From a virus: a DNA stretch of 64,000 bases. The stretch lies in the IMG/VR virus record IMGVR_UViG_3300029121_000001. The stretch is one strand, 5' to 3'. Below the pieces are notes generated by a model. The model was not told where the DNA came from and made no database searches. It saw nothing but the letters and a program-made list of their open reading frames with translations. Below, one piece after another: positions 55,417-64,000 of this stretch. The first letter of the stretch is position 1. Each line of letters starts with the position of its first letter. The position numbers and the translations under genes are program-made.

Positions 55417-56280
55417 ATGTCTGATAAGCATTTGACATTTTTCGATTCTCAGCAGAATCGTGATGAAGCAAATATTCATAAGTCGTTTCTTCGTGGTGAA
55501 GTAATCTTTAAGAGTATCGATACTGGTGAGGTTCTTCTGACAACACACAATAGAGTTGTCATTGCTGGTTCTCAGTTCGTTGCAGAAAAGTGTTTCAATC
55601 TTCCTGAGCTAGTTCATCTGCCTACTTATAACGAATCTCTAGAACTAGAGAATTCTCTAAATGGAGCAACTCCTGGTAACATTCCTAAGATTTGTCTATT
55701 CTGCTGTGGTACTAATGGATGTGGCACTGAGAATTCTCAAGTATTCCCTGTTCGTTATACTAAGAGAATTCCTGTTGACTCTCAGCAAGAGCATACGAAT
55801 CCCACAGATCCTAATAATACTCTCAGTGGTATTGTTCCTTTCCGTTATCAGCTTACTCAAAATGATTTGAGTGATGAACTTCGTCAGAAGTACTTTGGTC
55901 GTCAGGTTACTAGAGATGGTGAGCGTATTGCATATTACTTTAAGGCTTTCGAGTCTGATCCTAAGATGTATATGCGCTTTGTCGATGGTACTATCATTGA
56001 TGAAAATCTGTATGATTCTCAAAATGAAACTGATGCAGAAACTTATGTTGAGATGAATCTGAGAATCACTAAGGATGATTTCCGCGATTATTTCAGAGCT
56101 ACATCTTCTATCAATGATGCTAAGATCAATAGTATCTCCCTAGTAACTGCATGGTATAATGAGAATGGTGGATATCGTTGGTATCAGGATATTATTCCTA
56201 TGACCCAGCTGAATATTCCCAATGAGCCGCTAATTGACCTTACTAAGGGTATTGATATTACTTATCATATTTACTTCTAA
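55417..56280 (+). CDS. hypothetical protein (codon bias suggests high expression; possibly structural)
   Basis: 287-aa ORF, SD TGGAGG. Confidence 0.75.
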   Translation: MSDKHLTFFDSQQNRDEANIHKSFLRGEVIFKSIDTGEVLLTTHNRVVIAGSQFVAEKCFNLPELVHLPTYNESLELENSLNGATPGNIPKICLFCCGTNGCGTENSQVFPVRYTKRIPVDSQQEHTNPTDPNNTLSGIVPFRYQLTQNDLSDELRQKYFGRQVTRDGERIAYYFKAFESDPKMYMRFVDGTIIDENLYDSQNETDAETYVEMNLRITKDDFRDYFRATSSINDAKINSISLVTAWYNENGGYRWYQDIIPMTQLNIPNEPLIDLTKGIDITYHIYF

Positions 56281-56292
56281 TGGAGGCTAAAT

Positions 56293-57528
56293 ATGGCTAG
56301 TAACAAAAGAGAATCTAAAATAATCAAAGATCCTACTCTTAAGCAAGAGCTTCTCAATATCAAAGAAAAAGAAATCACATCTTCTTTTATTTTTGGTCTA
56401 TTTGGAAATTATAATGGACGTGCTAAATGCCATCCTTATGATATTCTAGAAGTACCTCCTGGATATTATGGTCCTGAAGGCAATAAAAATAAAAATAGTT
56501 TTATCACAACTGTAGGAATTTGGATATTCAACAAGTGGTTTATTGAAAGTGAACTATTTGATCTATTTGGATATATCAATAAGACTATCAATGGTGATCA
56601 ACTAGAAGATATGAATCAAGATCTTTCATATGCACTTATGGAAGATCGTATTTCTGTTCAAACTCTTAAGAATTATCTAATGAAAACTCAGTTTACAATG
56701 CAGTTTGTTACGGTGCTTGCACCTAATTACACAGAAGAATTGTTGACTTGTAGTGTTCAAATAGATAAGAAAAAGAATGAGCTTATTAAGCAGCATAAAA
56801 AAGAGCTTGAAGCTGGAGATACTGTTGTTGCAAAACAGATTGAGGATGAGCTTATTGCTTATGCAAAGGAACTTTTGAAAGATGATCCTGCAATGGATTC
56901 TTTCGTTTCTGGAGCAAGATCTAATATCAATAATAACTTCAAGAATATGTTTATCTGGAAAGGTGCTACTAGAGATCCTAACCCTGATTCTAAGCAAGAG
57001 TTTCGTATTGCTACTTCTAATTATATGGAAGGAATTAAAAGAGAAGAATACTCTCTATATTCTAATTCTGGTATTGAAGGTGCATACTCTCGTGGTAAGA
57101 AAACTGAGGGTGGCGGATATCTAGAGAACCTTACTACTATGGCATATCAAGACTTAGTACTTGATGAAGATGGAACAGATTGTCATACTGATAGACATAT
57201 CGAAGTTGAACTGACTCCTAAGAATGTGAATCAGTATATGTATAACAATATTATAGGAAGTAATGGTAAGCTAATTGAACTTAATTCTCAAAACCGTGAT
57301 AAGTTCATTGGTAAGAAAGTTAAGATGCGTATGGCTTATCTATGTCCTCATGAAAAACCCTGTAATGCATGTGCTGGTAACTTCTATAAGAAACTTGGAA
57401 TTAAGAATGTTGGACTTACTCTTATGCAGGTTTTCTCTATCTATAAGAATAAGTCTATGAAGGCATTCCATGACTCTACAGTTCAATTAACAGAAATCGA
57501 TACTATGAAAGCATTTGGATATAAGTAA
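56293..57528 (+). CDS. multisubunit RNA polymerase beta-prime-like fragment (central part: SGARG region, bridge helix, first trigger-loop helix)
   Basis: [11 protein letters not shown] resembles [58 protein letters not shown] resembles [67 protein letters not shown] resembles [21 protein letters not shown]. The C-terminal KSMKAFHDS resembles LTMRTFHIGG. Confidence 0.8.
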   Translation: [411 protein letters not shown]

Positions 57529-57550
57529 CATCTAAAGATAGGAGTTCTTT

Positions 57551-57949
57551 ATGGAATTCTCAATCAATAAAGATGACTACTATGATCTAACACAAAACCG
57601 AATTACAATAAGAGGATATAGAAAAACAGATAGTATAGAAGATGCTAAGACTCTCTCATATCCTAGCATTCTTCCTAATCTATATTGTATTACCAAGACT
57701 GGACAAGTATATTCTACAATTAATGATATTTACATTGCCTGGGCTTTTAAGAATAATATTCCATTTGTAAATCTTTCATGTGTTATAGATGGAAAATGGA
57801 GATTAGAACCTTTTTATATTAAAGACCTGATGGCTTGTAGCTATATTGCTAACGCAAATAGTTATTTAGAGAGGGGTTATCATGCCTCTAATATAGATGG
57901 TGATCCTAGGAATTGTAGATACAATAATATAGTATATATAAAATCTTGA
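57551..57949 (+). CDS. HNH homing endonuclease-like protein (NUMOD4-like plus HNH_3-like, short)
   Basis: LYCITKTGQVYS (the yeVSnxGxVrS type) and GYHASNIDGDPRNCRYNNIVY (the H..N.dGd..Nn...NL type). SD TAGGAG. Confidence 0.5.
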   Translation: MEFSINKDDYYDLTQNRITIRGYRKTDSIEDAKTLSYPSILPNLYCITKTGQVYSTINDIYIAWAFKNNIPFVNLSCVIDGKWRLEPFYIKDLMACSYIANANSYLERGYHASNIDGDPRNCRYNNIVYIKS

Positions 57950-57975
57950 TTGGTAATACAAAAAAAAAATAAAGC

Positions 57976-57997
57976 CCGGTAGGAGTAATCCTACCGG
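57976..57997. terminator. bidirectional terminator between convergent genes
   Basis: CCGGTAGGA-gtaa-TCCTACCGG, flanked by an A10 run and TTTTTATTT. Confidence 0.8.
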
Positions 57998-58007
57998 ACC
58001 TTTTTAT

Positions 58008-58382
58008 TTATTCATCATAGTCTTTTTCAACACTATGATCACTGATCCATTTACATGCATCAGTGCCGCATACGCTATCTTCATATGCATATTTAAAGTT
58101 GTTTCTATTAAGAGGCATGAATTTATCTTTCGGATTAACTTTGCTTTCAGTAAGATTGAAAGTATGATCAGTGATAATAGTGCCAAAGAAATTTACTACA
58201 ACCGAAGGCTCAAGAGTTCTAGGACGACTGGGATTATCTCCATGTCTAAGATCATACATTTTGATGAATCCAGGAAGTGAAGACCTATAAAGATGGCTCT
58301 CTGTAAATAGACATTTAATACCATCAATCTCTACAACCTGATAGTTGACAATAGCATCATCATAATTAAAACAATAATTCAT
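58008..58382 (-). CDS. hypothetical protein
   Basis: 124-aa ORF, SD AAAGGAAG. Confidence 0.7.
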   Translation of the reverse strand: MNYCFNYDDAIVNYQVVEIDGIKCLFTESHLYRSSLPGFIKMYDLRHGDNPSRPRTLEPSVVVNFFGTIITDHTFNLTESKVNPKDKFMPLNRNNFKYAYEDSVCGTDACKWISDHSVEKDYDE

Positions 58383-58408
58383 ATTAAACTTCCTTTCTTT
58401 TTAAATAA

Positions 58409-59431
58409 TCACATAATTGCATCTGTACTTATCCCATGAATAGAAGCAAACATGTGAATTATAGTTTCAATAGCAAATATCGGTGATACTTCATGCCTTA
58501 ATAATCTTTGATATTGCGCAATTCCATTTTCTATAGGGGTATTATTCATTGGATCATAATTATATTCTTTAGTATCATATTCAATTTGCATAGGATATAA
58601 TCCATGAACGTGATACCATAATATTTGTCCATTATGATATTCATCTATTACAACTCCACCATCTCCAGATTCTAAATCTTCAATAGGAATATTAGGTTTT
58701 CTAGATATCCTATCAGATATAAAAAATACTTTATCTGATTTTGGATCTTTTGTAAAATCTCCAATTATATTTACAATATCACCAGGCTTAAAAGGATTTG
58801 GAAATTCATAATATCTATCTTCAATTGGATTCTCAACAAGAAGCTCATCATTATATTCAGAAGACGTATGCAATACAATAGGTGTACAATATATATTATG
58901 AATCTCTAATGATTTAGGGTCTATATGCGCAATAGCATAACTTTTAGATTCTCCAGTATCTTCAATTTCACATTTTACATCTGTAAAATGTATTTTTTCA
59001 ATCTGTATACTTTGAAAAAGTTGACAATCATTTTTAGAAAATTGTTTACTATTTGACTTTATATATTCCATTGCATTATCATATGATGTGAATAATTCAT
59101 CATACTCACTACCAGATTCAGATTCTACAAAGCTAGCTTTATAGATTTCTCCTTCCTTAGCATATTTAAAATACGATAGATAAATATTTGTTCTAGTAAT
59201 AAAAGAATCTATCTGCTTGATAGTATCAATATCACATAATTCTTTACTATCTTTAAATAGATCTTTTAATTTACGTAACCCATTAATTATCTCGTATATA
59301 GATTTATTATATGCATTCACTATTATAAAATAAATCATATCAGATGGAAGATCAATTTTATTGACTTTATAATATTCTCTCATATCTTTAGAGTCAATAA
59401 AATCTATCAGACAAGTATTAGATAAAATCAT
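58409..59431 (-). CDS. hypothetical protein
   Basis: ATG at 59431 behind SD AAGAGGTG (the listed start is 59473). Confidence 0.7.
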   Translation of the reverse strand: MILSNTCLIDFIDSKDMREYYKVNKIDLPSDMIYFIIVNAYNKSIYEIINGLRKLKDLFKDSKELCDIDTIKQIDSFITRTNIYLSYFKYAKEGEIYKASFVESESGSEYDELFTSYDNAMEYIKSNSKQFSKNDCQLFQSIQIEKIHFTDVKCEIEDTGESKSYAIAHIDPKSLEIHNIYCTPIVLHTSSEYNDELLVENPIEDRYYEFPNPFKPGDIVNIIGDFTKDPKSDKVFFISDRISRKPNIPIEDLESGDGGVVIDEYHNGQILWYHVHGLYPMQIEYDTKEYNYDPMNNTPIENGIAQYQRLLRHEVSPIFAIETIIHMFASIHGISTDAIM

Positions 59432-59870
59432 CAATAACACCTCTTCTTTTATAATTGGTATTATAATCACCATTCATATGAGCATAGTCTGGAATAGAAA
59501 TGAAATCAATTTTTCCTTCATTATTTAAATCATTCCAAACTTTACAAGCATATTGATAATTTGTAAATTCTGGATATCTATAAGATTTTTTATTGAACCA
59601 GTCATATAGAATTTGCTCATCTACACTATCAAGTTTATCTTCGTATTTTCCAGCATGTGGAAAATATTTATTTGTGCAAAGACATATTGCTGTATCAATA
59701 TATACTCCTTTAATATGAAAATGAGGTATAGTTCCTTCATTTCCATTCACCATTAATTTACATTTTCCAGCATTCTTAAATTTTATAGCATTTGGCCCTG
59801 TTTCAGGAGCAATACCAACCTCATGAATAGCAACGTATTTTGATCCATCAAATTCTACTTTTACAATCAT
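59418..59870 (-). CDS. hypothetical protein
   Basis: 150-aa ORF, SD AAAGAGGT. Confidence 0.7.
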   Translation of the reverse strand: MIVKVEFDGSKYVAIHEVGIAPETGPNAIKFKNAGKCKLMVNGNEGTIPHFHIKGVYIDTAICLCTNKYFPHAGKYEDKLDSVDEQILYDWFNKKSYRYPEFTNYQYACKVWNDLNNEGKIDFISIPDYAHMNGDYNTNYKRRGVIDDFI

Positions 59871-59943
59871 TGTAAATTACCTCTTTAATTTTAATTTTAG
59901 ATAAGAATGTATCTTATCTTTCAATATTATAATATCTAATTGA

Positions 59944-59976
59944 AAAGGAAGTAGAGAGAAAATCTCTACTTCCTTT
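59944..59976 (-). terminator. terminator hairpin downstream of terL
   Basis: AAAGGAAGTAGAGA-gaaaa-TCTCTACTTCCTTT. Confidence 0.6.
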
Positions 59977-59983
59977 ATATATT

Positions 59984-60820
59984 TTAACTTAATCTATTAA
60001 ATATATCACTTAGATTTCCTACTAGTCTTGGATCTTTATTGTGACTAGATCCATCATCACCATACCAAATTTTATTCAGATCAGATCCAATGTCAGTATA
60101 TCCAACATCTTCTTGTTTATCTAGATAATCTTTGGGAATATGATATGCATTAGCGACAGCTTGTCTACCAACAGAACTTTTCTTAATTCTATTAAGGGCA
60201 GCTTCATCTTCATTAATCTGAGCAAGATGGAAATCTTCCATACTCATTCTCTTAGATTTACTTAGATATTCTAGCTGATCATTTACCATATGTGTAGTTG
60301 CATCAGTATCATCTGCAAATACACTAGGATCTAGTTTTTCTCCTTCTTCACCATATTCTTCTTCAAGACTATAAGAAGTTTCATCATAATGATCATCAGT
60401 ATAAATTTCAGTTTTCATAATATGGAATCTTGTAGCAAGATCTTCTCCATAATAGAAAACATATAGAGCCCATAGATAAGAGAACACCAAGTCATCATGT
60501 GCATCATCTGCATGTTCTACTTTACCATTAGGCTTAACAACCATTGTGCAAAGTTCATCATAAATATCTTTACTATTAAATTTATCTCTATGATGCTGAA
60601 CTCTTTGATGAAGTAGTTCAATAAGCTGATTACGCTTATTCTTTCCAGAAGTAGAACCATAAACTTTACATTTTTTAGGTCTACGTTTGACTGTCACACC
60701 ATCAAATTGCTCTTCATCAATACGATCTTTAATCTCATAGTATAGATTTTTCTTAATAGAAGTTTTAATAAGCATCTGCAGAACAGATGAACCGAAGCCA
60801 TTTAGTTTAGATATAATCGT
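59984..60820 (-). CDS. terL: large terminase subunit, exon 3 (nuclease-domain C-terminal part); 5' boundary approximate
   Basis: The frame is open upstream of the listed ATG as far as 60820. NGFGSSVLQML resembles T4 gp17 STGVSVAKSL. DDAHDDLVFS resembles T4 YHDDLVMS. Confidence 0.8.
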   Translation of the reverse strand, partial: TIISKLNGFGSSVLQMLIKTSIKKNLYYEIKDRIDEEQFDGVTVKRRPKKCKVYGSTSGKNKRNQLIELLHQRVQHHRDKFNSKDIYDELCTMVVKPNGKVEHADDAHDDLVFSYLWALYVFYYGEDLATRFHIMKTEIYTDDHYDETSYSLEEEYGEEGEKLDPSVFADDTDATTHMVNDQLEYLSKSKRMSMEDFHLAQINEDEAALNRIKKSSVGRQAVANAYHIPKDYLDKQEDVGYTDIGSDLNKIWYGDDGSSHNKDPRLVGNLSDIFNRLS

Positions 60821-61187
60821 CTACATTATATCTCTTGGTTAATTCCAAGTCACGTCCATTACAGACAGTGATCAGATCATGTGTCCACCCTATATATCTT
60901 ATAGGGGTGTATTTTTCTTCCTTCCATTATAGACTTGAAGGTTCTACCTCTCCCGTCAGGAGATGATCGTTGAGCGTTATCCCATACGGATATTTCGCGG
61001 CTATACAAGGGCTTGTTAATTCTGACTTAGGATTTGACCATATCAGAATCCTTATAATTTCTTTCTACTTTCGTAACTATCACGCACATCTTTTCAGATC
61101 ACGTTGTAGTATATAAGGTTCTTGACCCTCTTCATAGCAATTAACACAATGAAACTTGCAAATTACTCTACAAGCTGTGACAATCGC
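60821..61187 (-). ncRNA. group I intron 2 in terL (ORF-less, T4 td-like core); boundaries within about 25 nt
   Basis: Minus-strand core CAACGATCATCTCCTGACGGGAGAGGTAGAACC...ACATGATCTGATC...CTTGGAATTAACCAAG. P7 GATCAT/ATGATC covaries with the P7 of intron 1. Confidence 0.75.
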
Positions 61188-62389
61188 ACCATTGTTCTCG
61201 ATATTTATAATAGCATTCTTTGCATAAGTGGTTGTAAATTGATATATCATATCTGCCAATTCTGGCATTGTGATATAATTGCATTTAAATGTAGCAATAA
61301 CTTTAGTAGTTTGAGAATCAATGACTGTAATAGCAGACGAGTCTTTATGAATACCAGAAGAAACGTCAACACCAATAATGAAAGGATACATACTATTGAT
61401 AGGTACTGTATCCCAAATCTTCATTATAAATTGTCCAGCTTTACCGAATCTCAAAATACTCTTAGGTTCTTGTTTTACTTGAGCACCGATTATATCTAGA
61501 TCTTCTCTATTGAAAGGACTATTATCTGCAGTCTTAGCCCATTCTAGTAGAACCTCACGACGAATCTTAGTCCAGTCTTTCTGTAGATCCTTAACCATGC
61601 GATCAAAGTACTCAGTACCATTACCAAGCATTTGATATGTATATCTGATATGCATAAAGTTAGAATCTTTATTGGAATCAATAACTGCCTTTAATTCATC
61701 ATAACTTAGATCATAGAAACTTTCATTCCACTCAGTACCATTCAATCTAACATGATTAGCGAATTGACCTTCTCTAGTAGTCAGATCTCCAGGAGTAGTA
61801 GTAATTAGAACTCCATAAGGAGAACCATTAGCTTTAGCATTCTCGGATGCTTTAGAGAATGCAGGCATTGCGGCTGTATAAACGATATCATTATAAGGTA
61901 GAAAAGCAAACTCATCGTAATACTGTATAGCAACAGTAGCACCACGTCCTGCACCTTCTGCTAGAGCAGGAGTTCTAGCACCAGGCAGTGTAGTAATCAG
62001 ATTTCTATTAATAGGATTCTGTAATGTTTCTGCAGTATTAGGAACTCTAATTTGCTTTCCATCTCTATCTAATTGAGCTTCCATTCTCAGATATTCTGGC
62101 AATGCAGCTCTTAGATTTTTCATTGTTCTAAGGTTATTCTTAGAGTCATCATGCTTCTTATTAGCAAATATAATTCTAGTATTAGTAGCTCCAAAGTTAA
62201 ATACCCATAGATACCAACATAGAGCACTAACAGTTTTACCATGCTGTCGAGGGAATTCTACAAATTGGTTTATATTATATACGAACATATAAGCCATGGC
62301 TAGATTACCACGACTTAATTCGAATCTTTTACCAGCTCCAACAGATCCACCTTCTGTTGGAATGCGAATAATTTCTCTGCAGAAATTAA
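61188..62389 (-). CDS. terL: large terminase subunit, exon 2 (ATPase domain and start of the nuclease domain)
   Basis: The frame is open upstream of the listed ATG (62297) as far as 62399. Walker A FPRQHGKT, YDEFAF (Walker B-like), ITTTPG, IIGVDVSSG, INIENNG. Confidence 0.85.
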
Positions 62390-62768
62390 CGTATCTACGT
62401 TATTTTTTATATTAACGCTTGTTAATCTTATGTGTTACATAAGTTCAGACTATATCTTCATCTCTTTAGAGATGTGCTATCACTTCGAGCCTCTTTTAAG
62501 GTTCTACTTCCATTTCAGGAATAGTCGTTGATCCTATACTATATTTTATATTCGCTGTGTATAGGAAGCTGATTAAACATTGTCAATAGACTTTAGGACT
62601 TATTACAATGAGAAATTGAGAATGTAATAAGCTTTTATTTCACCATGGTCCATCTCTCTACTTGTTTCTGTCTTTCGACACCTGATTGTAGGTAAGAGAG
62701 CTTTAGCCTTTCCCAGCAATTCAATAGCATTCAACACTATGTCACCATAATGAGGGGCATTTCAGTTT
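62390..62768 (-). ncRNA. group I intron 1 in terL (ORF-less, T4 td-like core)
   Basis: Minus-strand core GATCAACGACTATTCCTGAAATGGAAGTAGAACC...GATATAGTCTGAAC...CATAAGATTAACAAGCGTTAAT. The U(-1) and terminal-G junction gives an in-frame ...VNYW|FNFCREIIRIP. Confidence 0.8.
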
Positions 62769-62997
62769 ACCAATAGTTAACCATGCATTCTCTTAGAATA
62801 CGCATCTTCATTGGTTGCGGAAGATTTGGATCTCTTGGGTCAACACCCATTAATCCTGCATCATATATCAAGAGAAAGAATTTATTATTCTTGATACCAC
62901 GAGCTTTAAGAAAATAATACATATTCATAAAGCTTTGATTGGTTGTAGAATCTTGATAATATACAGTAATTGGTGTTGCTGGATTAGTAACAACCAT
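62769..62997 (-). CDS. terL: large terminase subunit, exon 1
   Basis: 76 codons behind SD AAAGGAGAG. Continues into exon 2 after removal of intron 1. Confidence 0.8.
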
Positions 62998-63091
62998 TGT
63001 AATTACTCTCCTTTCTATATTATTAATTATAAGGTTTCAAAATTACAAAAACATTTATTTAATTTCTTAATAATATAGGAGGAATATTATT

Positions 63092-63709
63092 ATGCTTGTG
63101 AGTTTGGATAACCGTTTTAAAATTCTTGCATTGGTGGTTTTAATTGTACTATTTATTATTATCTGTATTCTTCAGTATATTTCAAAACGAGAATCTGATA
63201 AATATAAAAAGGTAATTTTAAGTCCCAATGGAGAACTATATAAATTTATAAGAGAAGAATGTGAGAATGAAGAAACTATTAGAAATGGTATCATTCTTTC
63301 TATGTCTGACTTTAGTATATTCCATGATATTGTAGATTATTATATCACAAATAAAGTAAAAGATAGGATTAAAAATGAAGGATATGGATGGCTAAATTTA
63401 GATAATAAATATATATCCATGTATGAATCTACATATCCTATTGAATTTGCTGTTTCAAAGATTAGTGGAACTACTGTAATTACTGATCTTTTATATGATA
63501 AATATATTTCTATGATCTACGATGGTATTCATTATGGGATGCAAGCAGAGCAAGAAGCAGTTCTATATTATACAAAGCATGGTGAAGATGCTGAAGGAGA
63601 TGATTTGCATCCTATTGAAAAAGCAGAATCTTCTGACAGTGAAGATAATGATCATCAAGTAGATTATGACGCATTATATCAATTTGGAACTATAGAAGAC
63701 GAAAAATAA
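63092..63709 (+). CDS. hypothetical membrane-anchored protein with an acidic C-terminus
   Basis: SD TAGGAGGA. N-terminal TM helix FKILALVVLIVLFIIICIL. Confidence 0.75.
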   Translation: MLVSLDNRFKILALVVLIVLFIIICILQYISKRESDKYKKVILSPNGELYKFIREECENEETIRNGIILSMSDFSIFHDIVDYYITNKVKDRIKNEGYGWLNLDNKYISMYESTYPIEFAVSKISGTTVITDLLYDKYISMIYDGIHYGMQAEQEAVLYYTKHGEDAEGDDLHPIEKAESSDSEDNDHQVDYDALYQFGTIEDEK

Positions 63710-63721
63710 AAAAAAATAAAA

Positions 63722-63745
63722 CCGGATGGGCTTTCACCCATCCGG
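63722..63745. terminator. bidirectional terminator between convergent genes
   Basis: CCGGATGGG-ctttca-CCCATCCGG, flanked by an A run and a T run. Confidence 0.8.
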
Positions 63746-63754
63746 CCTTGTTTT

Positions 63755-64000
63755 TTATCGAACCGAATAATTGGTTTCGATTCGAAGGTCGTACCAAATG
63801 TCTACGACCTTCTCACTCTTGTTAGTGTAAGTCAGACGGAAGCCAGTCTGACTTTCTGGAATGAAGATAGACGCCTTCAAGCATCCAGCTTCGATGAGTT
63901 TCTGAAACTCATCATGGAGTCTCTCCATTTCCATTTTGGGAGGCATCGAAGCATAGCTTCTGCAAATAACCTCCTCGCTATTGTTGATGGATTTGACCAA
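63755..64000 (-). CDS. hypothetical protein, C-terminal part (5' end outside the window)
   Basis: The ORF runs to the window edge. GC content and codon usage are richer than in the neighbours. Confidence 0.6.
   Translation of the reverse strand: MVKSINNSEEVICRSYASMPPKMEMERLHDEFQKLIEAGCLKASIFIPESQTGFRLTYTNKSEKVVDIWYDLRIETNYSVR

Noticed and set aside
59984-62997. Inteins or IS/MITE insertions as the cause of the split terminase.
   Set aside because: The inserts have stop codons in the terL frame, so they cannot be inteins. They lack terminal inverted repeats and transposase ORFs, and they carry a td-like group I core with covarying P7. The AATGG repeat at the borders of intron 2 is noted as a separate finding, but 5 nt is too short to argue for a target-site duplication.
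1-64000. Alternative genetic code (TAG or TGA reassignment), as reported for some gut jumbo and crAss-like phages.
   Set aside because: Very long ORFs (2013, 1058 and 644 aa) and all recognisable enzymes read through uninterrupted in the standard code. The only broken genes (terL and the topoisomerase gene) are explained by structured inserts rather than by single in-frame stops. No suppressor-type tRNA anticodon is present.
1-64000. Assignment as a crAss-like phage, prompted by the AT-rich genome, the giant ORF and the introns in terL.
   Set aside because: The giant ORF has bacterial-type beta-subunit motifs, and a separate beta-prime-like fragment exists. The protease and terminase are T4-like. 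Strong SD sites are used throughout. Together these fit a phiKZ/AR9-like jumbo phage better.

Overview
This window is an AT-rich (about 30% GC by eye), almost fully coding segment of a large dsDNA phage genome. It reads in the standard genetic code and has strong GGAGG-type Shine-Dalgarno sites.

Recognisable genes:
- a giant multisubunit-RNAP beta-like protein and a beta-prime-like fragment
- a T4 gp21-like prohead protease and a T4 gp17-like large terminase
- a GyrB-like topoisomerase II subunit
- DnaB-like and Dda/RecD-like helicases
- Mre11/SbcD-like and PD-(D/E)XK nucleases, and RNase H
- a free-standing HNH endonuclease
- three tRNAs (Thr-UGU, Gln-UUG, Gly-UCC)

This gene content fits a phiKZ/AR9-like jumbo phage. 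The host is probably low-GC and uses Shine-Dalgarno sites; that host call is inference. The content does not fit a crAss-like phage or a cellular locus. About two thirds of the ORFs have no function I can assign.

Observations most worth a second look:
1. Three T4-td-like group I introns. Two split the terminase gene into three exons. One sits inside the TOPRIM DxD motif of the topoisomerase gene at the window edge.
2. A 2013-aa protein that fuses about 1000 aa of unknown sequence to a complete RNAP beta-like module.
3. A beta-prime fragment that stops inside the trigger loop, with an HNH endonuclease gene next to it.
4. Four otherwise unrelated proteins that share an MAI[YF][ST]...[LV]xE N-terminal leader. 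The leader resembles a gp21-type capsid-targeting and cleavage signal.
5. Active and degenerate paralogue pairs of a HEIGH metallopeptidase and of a PrsW/CPBP-like membrane protein.
6. A family of very acidic proteins built from a duplicated module, with codon usage typical of high expression.
7. A 460-bp non-coding region with nested inverted repeats and iteron-like repeats.
8. Three tandem small-gene cassettes, each prefaced by ATAAT(CT)GACGCTTCTA and lacking a normal start context.
9. A structured 154-nt spacer inside the tRNA cluster.

Every call was made by eye and from remembered motifs. No database search or RNA folding was run.
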